The notes: generated from the letters alone by a model not told the origin. A DNA stretch of 29,322 nucleotides from a virus (IMGVR_UViG_3300048895_000026:1-29322), one strand, 5' to 3'. Counted from the stretch's first letter, positions 17,509 to 25,927 are shown. Numbers and translations are program-made.

Positions 17509-18192
17509 TCCTTTTCTAGCCCTTTCCATCCTTGCCCAGTTTTCAGCCTTTCGATCTTCGGTAAGTCTAGCCGCTGGCATTGCGCTGCCGCCTTGTGATG
17601 TTCCTGGTGTTGACATGGACGCTGGCTTCATCAAATTCCTATCAGCCTTGCTAGAGTCTTTCTGCGAATCTACATTCGGAATGAAACGTTTCACAGCTTT
17701 ATAGATAGCTGACCATTTATCGAAACCATCTGGCATATGCTTAAATGGCACCGCAACTTCTGGATAATGATACTCAAGATAGTCTAAATTCTCTTCACTA
17801 CAGACTTTGTTGAAGTCGGAATAAACAGAACGTAGTTTTTCCGGGTATTGCCTAGCTTCCTGCTGTTGTCTCTCTGCAATGTATGCCTTTTCACGTTCAA
17901 GAATGATCTCTTGAATTCTACGCTCGAGCCTAGCCTCTTCTGATTCGTCTATCTCTTGCGCTTGTTGCGTGGGCTTAGCTGTCATCGCTTCTAATGCCGC
18001 TCTTAATGCTGCTGCCTCTTCTGCTTTCTGCTCTGCTCTCCTGTCGGCCTCTTCTCTTGCCTTGCGTTCATTCTCTCTTTGCTCTCTAAATGCCTTCCAG
18101 TTCGCTTGATTCTCTTCGGATTTAATCGGTGGTGCAGGTTCTGCTTGAATGTTTTTAACTTCTGGGGTATTTTCTGGGGTAGTTGGATTCAC
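17500..18192 (-). CDS. Capsid scaffolding protein
   Basis: GTG at 18192 with AGGAG SD; Glu/Ala/Arg coiled coil; between portal and MCP. Confidence 0.65.
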   Translation of the reverse strand: MNPTTPENTPEVKNIQAEPAPPIKSEENQANWKAFREQRENERKAREEADRRAEQKAEEAAALRAALEAMTAKPTQQAQEIDESEEARLERRIQEIILEREKAYIAERQQQEARQYPEKLRSVYSDFNKVCSEENLDYLEYHYPEVAVPFKHMPDGFDKWSAIYKAVKRFIPNVDSQKDSSKADRNLMKPASMSTPGTSQGGSAMPAARLTEDRKAENWARMERARKGLN

Positions 18193-18208
18193 AAAAAGGC
18201 TCCTGATT

Positions 18209-18487
18209 ATGGTTGAAGCAAAATTATCTAAGACTGTTACTCGCAAAATTAACAAAAAATTACTTGAGAGTCTAGAGAATTACAAAGATATAGTGAAATA
18301 TATGGGGGCTGATCTTCCAGTAGGTTGCTTGTGTCTACCTCAGAAATACGAAAAGAAGTTAATCGAAAACGGGATTCTCAGGATCTATGACCTGTTTAAC
18401 AGAGATCTTACTAAAATCAAAGGGATCGGTAAAGTCGGAGTTGGGTATCTTACAGCCAGCCTTCAGCAGTTCATCCCTATGGGCTAG
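18209..18487 (+). CDS. RNA polymerase alpha-CTD-like / helix-hairpin-helix protein, antisense to the late operon
   Basis: DLPVGCLCLPQKYEKKLIENGILRIYDLFNRDLTKIKGIGKVGVGYL aligns by eye to the alpha-CTD pattern (pI.eL.L....n.L...gI..i.DL.....L.ki.nlG). Confidence 0.65.
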   Translation: MVEAKLSKTVTRKINKKLLESLENYKDIVKYMGADLPVGCLCLPQKYEKKLIENGILRIYDLFNRDLTKIKGIGKVGVGYLTASLQQFIPMG

Positions 18488-18961
18488 GATGTACTCTTGC
18501 TCTGATAGCATATCAATGCCATGCTCATGTCGTATGTATTCCCAGAACTCGCCTTTAAAGAAGGCTACGCTCCACGCCTGCATAGTTTCATAGCGCTTAT
18601 GTACGATGATATTAGTTCCGGCAAGCTCTGCCATTACCGCAGCCGAGGGAAGCACCCATAAACGCCTAATAGTATCCTTGACTTTATTATAAAGAAAGAC
18701 GGCCTGGTTGGGTCTCGGACTTGGAAGATAAAGCCATCCATAATATTTGAACCTCTTTAGATTACTGATCAGCGGATCATCTGCAATTACTCGAACAATA
18801 CAATACTCATCTTCATCAATGATTGGATCATGAAGCTCGATACATTTGCGTATCTCTCCCATCACATCATCAGTCATGGCATGTCCAACCTCACGGCTGT
18901 CATATTTTGTAGTATCAGTCAATGCTTTGTGTGATAGCTCGCCAGCAGTTACTCTAGTCAT
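18359..18961 (-). CDS. Hypothetical phage protein between portal and scaffold
   Basis: About 200 aa; ATG at 18961 overlaps the upstream TGA. Confidence 0.65.
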   Translation of the reverse strand: MTRVTAGELSHKALTDTTKYDSREVGHAMTDDVMGEIRKCIELHDPIIDEDEYCIVRVIADDPLISNLKRFKYYGWLYLPSPRPNQAVFLYNKVKDTIRRLWVLPSAAVMAELAGTNIIVHKRYETMQAWSVAFFKGEFWEYIRHEHGIDMLSEQEYILAHRDELLKAGCKIPNSDFTDPFDFSKISVKQVIDPENPVFD

Positions 18962-19137
18962 CAATAGCCTTTGAAAGTGTTATGCTCAATAGCCTTTAAA
19001 TGTCCTTGAATGAGCTTAAGCAAATCAATAATAGCGTCATTCTCTTTATCGACGTGCGGAACGATGCAAGGCGGTTCTTTAGCTTGCACTTGTTGCAATG
19101 GCAACTCTACATCTTCGAACTTTTTTACTTTACTCAT
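18961..19137 (-). CDS. 58-aa hypothetical protein (not in ORF track)
   Basis: MSKVKKFEDVELP...EHNTFKGY; TGATG coupling at both ends. Confidence 0.65.
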   Translation of the reverse strand: MSKVKKFEDVELPLQQVQAKEPPCIVPHVDKENDAIIDLLKLIQGHLKAIEHNTFKGY

Positions 19138-19358
19138 CAATGGTCACACTCATTTATTTTAATATGTGGCTGTGCTCTATCCTTTCCAGGTCTTGCTAGA
19201 AATGCACCTGCCGGATCGTTGCCGTAACCTCTAGCAAATACAGATTTACCAACATCAATTTCATAATGCTTGTTAGGTTCTGTCGGCCCCCATCCTTTCG
19301 GTATTACGTCTGCATCTTTGTTCTTTGCATAATCTGGGGCGTGATGTTTCTTTTTCAT
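19137..19358 (-). CDS. Small hypothetical protein
   Basis: GAGGA SD; coupled to the downstream ORF. Confidence 0.6.
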   Translation of the reverse strand: MKKKHHAPDYAKNKDADVIPKGWGPTEPNKHYEIDVGKSVFARGYGNDPAGAFLARPGKDRAQPHIKINECDH

Positions 19359-19409
19359 ATATCCTCTAATAAAATGAAGGGATGACTTAAAGCCATGCCC
19401 TTCTATAAT

Positions 19410-19613
19410 TCATGGGTAAGACATTTTATTACGTTTAACATACCCTGCAAGCTCGTTAACAGACTTCTTGAGATGCTCTGGATTGTCCATTTCACCAGTG
19501 CAGTATCTGCCATCTGCAACAGCTGTTTCACCAGCATCCTTTTCCCAATGTTCTCTCTTAAAATTTGGAAGGCCAGCACCTCTTTGAAGTGGGCTACCGC
19601 TATTTTTACTCAT
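19410..19613 (-). CDS. Small hypothetical protein after the portal
   Basis: AGGAG SD, 67 aa. Confidence 0.6.
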   Translation of the reverse strand: MSKNSGSPLQRGAGLPNFKREHWEKDAGETAVADGRYCTGEMDNPEHLKKSVNELAGYVKRNKMSYP

Positions 19614-19622
19614 ATAGTCTCC

Positions 19623-21731
19623 TTAGCCCGTTAAGGCCTGTTGTGGCTCAGGCTGTGCCGAACCTTGATTAACCATGTTACTCTTTGCAATCATTTCTCT
19701 AAAAGCCGGATGTTTGCTTTCTGATCCTTGTGTCATCTTGATCGTCTCTGCCATCTCTAGGTTTTGCCTAAAGTTAGCAAGGTCTAAATCTTCTAACTCC
19801 ACCATTTGACGTACGATATCAAGATCAGCAGCCGTTCGCTTATGTTCCGCACCTGCAAGAATCTCATCAATCTTTGCAAAACGCTCTTGTGTTGATGCAA
19901 GTAGATCTTTTTCTCTAGCCATATCCACTTTTGAGCTAGCGAATGCTTGCATGATCTTTGCATTGTCCATTTTCTCTTTCTGCATTGATTCGGCTTGTTG
20001 AGCTTGCTGTTGCTGTTGAGATTGTTCTTCCATATCTTCAAGCACTTGCTTCTTATTTGTAATAATTGCAGCACGTATAATGGATTTGTCGGCGATGGCC
20101 ATACCAATTTCTTTGAAGTGCAACAGCTGCTGAAGCTCGGTTTGTCTTTGAGTAGCGCTATAATTCCCTTCTTCGAGAGCGATTGAGTATTTTTGGCTAT
20201 GAGATGAGAAGAATCTTGGATCTGCTTCATGGCCAAGAATGTTACGCACTTTACCTTTACTAAAGTTTTTGCGAATTGCCTGTAAACGTATCTTGCCATA
20301 GAGTCGCTGGGTATAGTCCAACTTGTCGAAAATAGTCTGTAGAGTTGTAAGTCCTGCGCCCTGTCTGAGCATTGAAAGGATCCCAGATTTATCATCTGTC
20401 GCACTGCCGAGTAGTTCTTCATTAACCCCCGATATCTTTGTGATGTCTTCAGCTAAGCTTTGCGATAGTTCAAGTAAACTCTGCGGTATTGCAGCAGCTT
20501 CAATCCTTTGTATCTCATTCGGCAAGTGACCAGCTTTAAGCGGTATCAAGAAGCCTTGTCCCGTCTGTCTAAATGCTTTAACATCTGTCACTGCATCAAT
20601 AGGGAATATCCAACCTGAATTAACTTGTGATTGTAGTATCTCAAGTTCAATGATCTTTCGCATGTTGTACAGAAACTGAGGATCTCTCAGGTTCCGAATA
20701 ACTCCCATGCAACGCCAGGCGTAATTTGTAATATCCGGCTCATAATAGCATATAGATGGCACACAAGGATAGCTATCAATACCCAATAGATTCGGTCCAT
20801 CATATACCTCCTTATCACCCAAACTTAGGCATAGTTTCACAGTAGGTACATACATCTTTTTAACTTGAAGCCAAGGTTGTTCGGCTAGCGTGCGTTCCAT
20901 TAGATCGGCTTCATCGTCAATGTCCTGCTCCCATTCCACGCTTTCGCCGGTCTTTGGGTCTATGATCATTGTAGCAAGTCGTGTAGTGCGATAGTGGAAT
21001 TCGTCATAGGTGAATAGATTAGAGAGCGCTAAGTTTTGTAACTCTGCTTGCACAGGGAAACGGCCGTCTTTCATGCCTCCAGGCTTCATTTTGTCTATCT
21101 CTTTAGCATACCCCGGCAATAACTGCTTTGCACCTTCTTTAGATGTCCAACGTCTACGCCATACCCCATTACAATCACTTAGATCTTGTTTGCGGAAATA
21201 CTGATCAATTAGAAAGTTGTTGTAAGATACTGCATCGGTGATTATGTCGCCTGAAATTGGGTCATTGGTATAATCTAAGGACATAAATAACAATGTCATG
21301 CCTGTGTCACATGAGCCCTCGAATGCCTCTGATTGGTATTCTTGAAATCCGTCCCGATCTTCTGACCATCGCATTACTGTGTTAAAGTCATCAGAAAGTG
21401 CGTCATCGGCCTCATGTAATGGAATTGTGATTGTTGACTTACGATTCTTGCGCTGAAAGCCACAAATCATATTGATATGTCGACGAATTAGATTGAAGAA
21501 GTATCGATAAGCGTTTTGATTATTGTTGCCTGAAGACCAGTTGTAAAGAGACTGATCGCCTACTTTGAATCGCTTATCTATGGCCCCCTGAGACCAAAGG
21601 GATGAAGATCCAACGTAGTTAGCCTGGTAGAAATCATCCTTCATCTGCCTTATGTTTTTGGCGTTGGCATCGCCCGGGTCCATGTAACCATTATTGCCTA
21701 ATGAGTAGCCTCCTCGATCATACGAACCCAT
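19623..21731 (-). CDS. Portal protein (P22-like)
   Basis: 702 aa; FNLIRRHINMICGFQRKNR, GVIRNLRDPQ, ISGVNEELLG...SG motifs and a C-terminal Gln-rich helical barrel; follows the terminase. Confidence 0.9.
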   Translation of the reverse strand: MGSYDRGGYSLGNNGYMDPGDANAKNIRQMKDDFYQANYVGSSSLWSQGAIDKRFKVGDQSLYNWSSGNNNQNAYRYFFNLIRRHINMICGFQRKNRKSTITIPLHEADDALSDDFNTVMRWSEDRDGFQEYQSEAFEGSCDTGMTLLFMSLDYTNDPISGDIITDAVSYNNFLIDQYFRKQDLSDCNGVWRRRWTSKEGAKQLLPGYAKEIDKMKPGGMKDGRFPVQAELQNLALSNLFTYDEFHYRTTRLATMIIDPKTGESVEWEQDIDDEADLMERTLAEQPWLQVKKMYVPTVKLCLSLGDKEVYDGPNLLGIDSYPCVPSICYYEPDITNYAWRCMGVIRNLRDPQFLYNMRKIIELEILQSQVNSGWIFPIDAVTDVKAFRQTGQGFLIPLKAGHLPNEIQRIEAAAIPQSLLELSQSLAEDITKISGVNEELLGSATDDKSGILSMLRQGAGLTTLQTIFDKLDYTQRLYGKIRLQAIRKNFSKGKVRNILGHEADPRFFSSHSQKYSIALEEGNYSATQRQTELQQLLHFKEIGMAIADKSIIRAAIITNKKQVLEDMEEQSQQQQQAQQAESMQKEKMDNAKIMQAFASSKVDMAREKDLLASTQERFAKIDEILAGAEHKRTAADLDIVRQMVELEDLDLANFRQNLEMAETIKMTQGSESKHPAFREMIAKSNMVNQGSAQPEPQQALTG

Positions 21732-21791
21732 GTAAACCTACTGTAAAGTAAATAGTTATCTATATCATAAATGGCTATAACGATCAAAGAA

Positions 21792-21881
21792 TCAAAATAA
21801 TTTCATTGCAAGGCAAATAATAGTCATGAACTGACAGAATAAAATAGCTGTAAGCAGAAACCATATGATTGATTCAGGCAT
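21792..21881 (-). CDS. 29-aa hydrophobic peptide (not in ORF track)
   Basis: MPESIIWFLLTAILFCQFMTIICLAMKLF; ATG overlaps the terminase TGA, with a G-rich SD-like run upstream. Confidence 0.45.
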   Translation of the reverse strand: MPESIIWFLLTAILFCQFMTIICLAMKLF

Positions 21882-23161
21882 CAGAAATAACCCCCTGCTG
21901 ACATAGGATTCATATAGCCATAACCTTCGTTCTCTTCGTAGACCTTGCGCCTCAACTGGGCTATAGTTAATGCTTCATCTGGATTGTCAAACTCCCCTTG
22001 TGGGAATGCAGAATAAATTGCGTAGCGCAATGCGTCCAAGCTATGGTCAAGCTTTTTAACTGGCTTATCCTTTCCCCTATCCGCTGCTTTAGGGCACCAC
22101 GAATACGATTGAATATGTTCAATAAGGTTCTTACAACTACGATGTATGACAATATTCTTTCCAGCTATGAACTTTCCCACAGTCTTAATGCCTGGTACAA
22201 CGTCATTCTTTGCGTCTATGACTGGCAAGTCGGCTTGACGCAGGGCAATTTTTAGGGATGCGGCAGCAGGGTCAAGATAAATTGCCGAGACATTTTTATA
22301 ACCGATGAAATCCTTGATGTCACGTACCAGCTCAGCATCAGTCTTAGCTCTTCCAACTTTAGCACTATCATAGTAATATTCCCTTTCAACATGGACCTGT
22401 GGCCATGCATGAGGAGTGATGCCACAGAGTACCGCAGCCGTAGCATTCGTCGTGCCATAATCAATCCCAACAACATAGTAGTTCGGATTTCCATACTCTT
22501 TTTCGTACTCGTTAAGTTTGTCATATGTGTCATAAATTGCTCCTGTTGCTAATGCCCATTCACCTAAGATGTACCGATTGAACCATAGACCGGTATAAGA
22601 AGCTTTAAGCTGTTGCTTATATGCATCATCTAGGGATGGATTGTCATCTAGATTAAATTGCCAATGTGCAAGATCAAGCTTATCATTATCAATGTAATCT
22701 TTCTTGAGAAAATGCGCCGGCCCTTCGGGGTTACATGTTGCAAGTATCTTAGCCCCTGGTACTCGCATACGGGATTCTAGCATCTTCCAGAATGCTTCTG
22801 GCAAGCACGTGGCCTCATCAACGTATGCTAAGGCTAGAGTAGACCCTTGTATTGTACTTACTGCGCTTACATCGGGGGCACCTACAAACCATAATAGTCT
22901 ACCGTATACATTATCCTTTTGTGCCTTCTCTGTAGGTACAGGAAAGCCCATCTGTCTATATAAATGAGTGAGAATGTTACGTTGGATAGATGTTCTATTA
23001 ACGCCAATGATCATGGCCTCGCCTGGAGGCCCATGTTTTAGATCATATATGAAACGTTCGAGGCTTGAGTATGTTTTTCCGCTAGATACAGCACCAACCC
23101 AGATATTGAATCGATGTGTTGCTTCTGAAAAGCTTTGATCTTGTTTAGGACTTGTCGGCAA
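21881..23161 (-). CDS. terL: Terminase large subunit (PBSX-like)
   Basis: Walker A GAVSSGKT, Walker B LAYVDEA, ATCNP coupling motif, nuclease GIDYG and DHSLDALRY. Confidence 0.95.
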   Translation of the reverse strand: MPTSPKQDQSFSEATHRFNIWVGAVSSGKTYSSLERFIYDLKHGPPGEAMIIGVNRTSIQRNILTHLYRQMGFPVPTEKAQKDNVYGRLLWFVGAPDVSAVSTIQGSTLALAYVDEATCLPEAFWKMLESRMRVPGAKILATCNPEGPAHFLKKDYIDNDKLDLAHWQFNLDDNPSLDDAYKQQLKASYTGLWFNRYILGEWALATGAIYDTYDKLNEYEKEYGNPNYYVVGIDYGTTNATAAVLCGITPHAWPQVHVEREYYYDSAKVGRAKTDAELVRDIKDFIGYKNVSAIYLDPAAASLKIALRQADLPVIDAKNDVVPGIKTVGKFIAGKNIVIHRSCKNLIEHIQSYSWCPKAADRGKDKPVKKLDHSLDALRYAIYSAFPQGEFDNPDEALTIAQLRRKVYEENEGYGYMNPMSAGGYF

Positions 23162-23636
23162 GGCGTTCTCTTAGCTTTCTGTTCTCGTCTTTCATGATCA
23201 TATTTTCATGTTTAAGATCGTGAATCTCTTCATAAGGAGATACAAGCTTAGCTTGTTCTTGTTTTGCTTGATGCTCGATGAGAGCGAGTTTTCGTTTAAA
23301 TTCTCTTTCCTCTTTATCTTTTTCGTCTGAATCTTCGCTATTTCTTAAGTCTTTGAAATAAACTCTAGCCCATCTTTGTTTAAGAGATGGTTCGATATTA
23401 GAATCTTTTTTGAGATATTGTAATCCGATAGTTGATAAAGCTTGTTCATAATATGTGACGAATTCAGGTAATTTTCTCATCGCCTCCCAATCTTTAAACT
23501 CAAAGTGTTTGACTCCACAATACCATTGAGAAAGATGCATTGGCTCATTTTTAATAACCCATTCCAGCATGTCCTTACCTAGTTGGATCATTTCATCTGG
23601 AGGAGGTGAAACTGTTCTTGGGGCGCCTGCTACCAT
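23145..23636 (-). CDS. Terminase small subunit (putative)
   Basis: Directly upstream of and overlapping terL; N-terminal GAPR motif, helical. Confidence 0.7.
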   Translation of the reverse strand: MVAGAPRTVSPPPDEMIQLGKDMLEWVIKNEPMHLSQWYCGVKHFEFKDWEAMRKLPEFVTYYEQALSTIGLQYLKKDSNIEPSLKQRWARVYFKDLRNSEDSDEKDKEEREFKRKLALIEHQAKQEQAKLVSPYEEIHDLKHENMIMKDENRKLRERLADKS

Positions 23637-23655
23637 TAATCACCTTATTATAAAA

Positions 23656-23701
23656 CTTATCTAGAGTAGTTATCGAATAGGCGACACTTGCTCTAGACAA
23701 G
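23656..23701. repeat. Long imperfect inverted repeat upstream of the small terminase
   Basis: cttatctagag (23656-66) / ctctagacaag (23691-701) with an inner stem. Confidence 0.7.
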
Positions 23702-23730
23702 AAAAAATTATCAACTTACCAAACGACTTC

Positions 23731-23759
23731 ACGTTAGTCATTACGAATATTTTAATCAA
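23731..23759 (-). promoter_or_regulatory. Possible promoter for the terminase/late operon
   Basis: TTGATT-17 nt-TAACGT, divergent from the plus-strand promoter. Confidence 0.4.
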
Positions 23760-23777
23760 TCTTTTTCATCTTTGCTC

Positions 23778-23806
23778 TTGCGTTAAATAGATCATTTTGC
23801 TATATT
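23778..23806 (+). promoter_or_regulatory. Sigma70-type promoter with extended -10
   Basis: TTGCGT-17 nt-(TGc)TATATT. Confidence 0.7.
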
Positions 23807-23902
23807 GAGACTATCAAAGCAAAGTTCGCTTGATGACCTGTTAACTCAGGCAGGCTTGAGCTGGTGAAGATAAACTTAACCAAACAAAATAGGAAAATTA
23901 AA

Positions 23903-24142
23903 ATGAAAAAAATCAATTCTCTTCAAGATCTTAGACGTTACGTTAGCAATGTTCAATTAACTGAATTTCAAAACAAGCTATATGGATATGAAGATTTTGA
24001 AGATATGGTTACAGCTTATACAGATGAATTTCTTGCATTTCTTAGAGATGAGCAAGGCTTTGAATGGGGTGATGATTTGGAAGATTTCGATATTAGAGAT
24101 CAAGACGAAAGAGCGATTCTTAGAGCCATAGATAAATCATAA
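23903..24142 (+). CDS. Acidic hypothetical protein
   Basis: Likely start ATG 23903 (AGGA SD); 79 aa. Confidence 0.65.
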   Translation: MKKINSLQDLRRYVSNVQLTEFQNKLYGYEDFEDMVTAYTDEFLAFLRDEQGFEWGDDLEDFDIRDQDERAILRAIDKS

Positions 24143-24160
24143 ACAAAATAGGAGGTTAGC

Positions 24161-24334
24161 ATGGATACATTAGCAATCTTATCAATTATCGGGACAGTTT
24201 TAGGCTCTGCATATTACATACACAGAGAGATGCAAGCTGATATGAGATCATTTAGAGAAGAAATCAAGACTCAAAGTGCAAGATCAGATCGTCTTTATGA
24301 AATGTTCTATGAACTATTAAAGGAGCGTAAATAA
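24161..24334 (+). CDS. 57-aa TM plus coiled-coil protein (not in ORF track)
   Basis: AGGAGG SD; MDTLAILSIIGTVLGSAYYI...QSARSDRLYEMFYELLKERK; TAATG coupling to the next gene. Confidence 0.8.
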   Translation: MDTLAILSIIGTVLGSAYYIHREMQADMRSFREEIKTQSARSDRLYEMFYELLKERK

Positions 24335-24525
24335 TGTCTAAAAAAATATGGGCCAAAGGCCGTAAGCAGCCACATTGTACAATTGCTGTATGCAGTGAAT
24401 CTAGAGACATGGCTAATCGATTAGCACAAGAAGCTGGCATGTCGATGAAAGAGTTTATCTACACTCTTCTTGATCGTTATGACATAGAAAGTACGGCTAC
24501 AAGAAATTACTTAAAAAAAATGTAG
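24334..24525 (+). CDS. Ribbon-helix-helix (Arc/CopG-like) DNA-binding protein
   Basis: TIAV strand, then SRDMANRLAQEAGMSMKEFIYTLL helix-G-x-S-helix. Confidence 0.6.
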   Translation: MSKKIWAKGRKQPHCTIAVCSESRDMANRLAQEAGMSMKEFIYTLLDRYDIESTATRNYLKKM

Positions 24526-24531
24526 CCGACT

Positions 24532-24568
24532 AAATGGCCCCCATACCCGTTGTATGGGGGTCGTTTTT
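24532..24568 (+). terminator. Rho-independent terminator between convergent genes
   Basis: GGCCCCCATAC-ccgtt-GTATGGGGGTC followed by TTTTT; possibly bidirectional. Confidence 0.85.
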
Positions 24569-24600
24569 CTCAAACTCTCGGTTAAACCGAATGTTTTTTA

Positions 24601-25719
24601 TCATAATGCCAATTCGGGATCAAACTCTTTCCAATGCTCTAATCTTTTTCTTGCAATTTGACAATATTCTTCGCTTAATTCTATTCCAATTGCATTAATG
24701 CCGAGCTGTTTTGCAGCGATTAGGGTTGATCCTGATCCCATAAATGGATCAAGTAATGTGGGGTTATTTGGAGGGGCTAGCAGTTTGATTAAATAGCGCA
24801 TTAAGGATAGAGGTTTGACTGTTGGATGATTATTTGCTGAAGGTGAACCACATTTATTTTGTGTTTTGGAAGGATCAAAGGATGAATTATTAGAAAAGTC
24901 GTTCATTGTCTTTTTTTCTTTCAAATCCATACCTTCAAGTCCCGCATTTCTTTCGCTTGATGAAGATTTTGCGCAATAAAAGAAGCGTGATGCTCCGCTA
25001 GAATCACAAAAACTATTAGATTGGATAGCTTTATATTTTCCAAATATTGGATTAGATGAATCTTTTTTAATTCTAATATGACCATTACCTTTTGAAAAAC
25101 CGCTCATTTGATCCAGCATTTCGGCTGCCTGCTCGTTCAAGATTAAATTAGCGGCCCATCTACCTTTACTATTATCAGACATTTCTCCGTTTCGTCCTTC
25201 CCCGGTTTTCATTTGATAAATTTTCCCTGTTTCAGAATTAAAACAAGGTTGCGGGACAGATTTTTTTTCTCCAAAGATTCTAGTTGCATCAATATTAATC
25301 CCACCCAATCCCCATTTTTCAACATTCTTAGCATATGTTCCATCTAGCGGCTTCATGCAAATAATGATCGGTTCCCATGCAGGTTTTAGAGCGGTTCCAA
25401 ATCCCTCTAGTCCAAACTTATTATGTGATTTTGGGAATCCCGACCCATATAACCACATAATGCAATCCCTAATTTCCCAACCTGAATCCTCAATCGCACA
25501 TGTAAGCCTATGAAATGTTCTAGTGCCTCCAAAAGCTGCAAGCATTGAACCAGGCTTACAAATTCTTAAAGCTTCCTGCCAATATTCTATGCCAGGGATG
25601 CCATGATCCCATGATTTACCCATGAATTTAAGCCCATAGGGAGGATCTGTACAGACAAAATCAATGCTACAATCTGCCATCTCCTTCATTTTCTCTAAGC
25701 AATCACCTTGTATAATCAA
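24601..25719 (-). CDS. DNA N6-adenine/N4-cytosine methyltransferase (beta class), orphan
   Basis: TDPPY motif IV precedes LDPFMGSGST motif I; HPTVKP; TTG start with AGGAG SD. Confidence 0.93.
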   Translation of the reverse strand: MIIQGDCLEKMKEMADCSIDFVCTDPPYGLKFMGKSWDHGIPGIEYWQEALRICKPGSMLAAFGGTRTFHRLTCAIEDSGWEIRDCIMWLYGSGFPKSHNKFGLEGFGTALKPAWEPIIICMKPLDGTYAKNVEKWGLGGINIDATRIFGEKKSVPQPCFNSETGKIYQMKTGEGRNGEMSDNSKGRWAANLILNEQAAEMLDQMSGFSKGNGHIRIKKDSSNPIFGKYKAIQSNSFCDSSGASRFFYCAKSSSSERNAGLEGMDLKEKKTMNDFSNNSSFDPSKTQNKCGSPSANNHPTVKPLSLMRYLIKLLAPPNNPTLLDPFMGSGSTLIAAKQLGINAIGIELSEEYCQIARKRLEHWKEFDPELAL

Positions 25720-25927
25720 TTAGTTCTCCTGCTCTTTCCAGAATTTCTTTAGCAAGCCATATTGATGTTTCACGTTCTAAGACAAATTGAAATATATCAA
25801 CTTCTTCAGAATCTTCATTGTCTTTTGACATTTCAAATTCAAGTAAGAAAAATTCACCGTCGTCCATCTCACTTATCGTAATGATTTGTGGAGAGATTTC
25901 ATCATCATCTGTCATCAAAATGGGCAC
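25703..25927 (-). CDS. Small very acidic hypothetical protein
   Basis: 74 aa, Asp/Glu-rich, overlaps both neighbours. Confidence 0.55.
   Translation of the reverse strand: MPILMTDDDEISPQIITISEMDDGEFFLLEFEMSKDNEDSEEVDIFQFVLERETSIWLAKEILERAGELIDYTR

Noticed and set aside
18961-18997. 12-bp direct repeat tcaatagccttt
   Set aside because: Short local duplication inside a small ORF with no associated mobile element signature.
5723-21900. Several proteins end in GG/GGY/GGYF, suggesting a shared C-terminal tag
   Set aside because: Explained in most cases by Gly codons providing the SD (GGAGG/GGTGG) for a translationally coupled downstream start (…ggttattgATG).
24494-24590. Extra inverted repeats around the terminator (cggctaca/tgtagccg; tcggtt/aaccga)
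   Set aside because: Short stems, one with a long loop; no evidence beyond proximity to the terminator.
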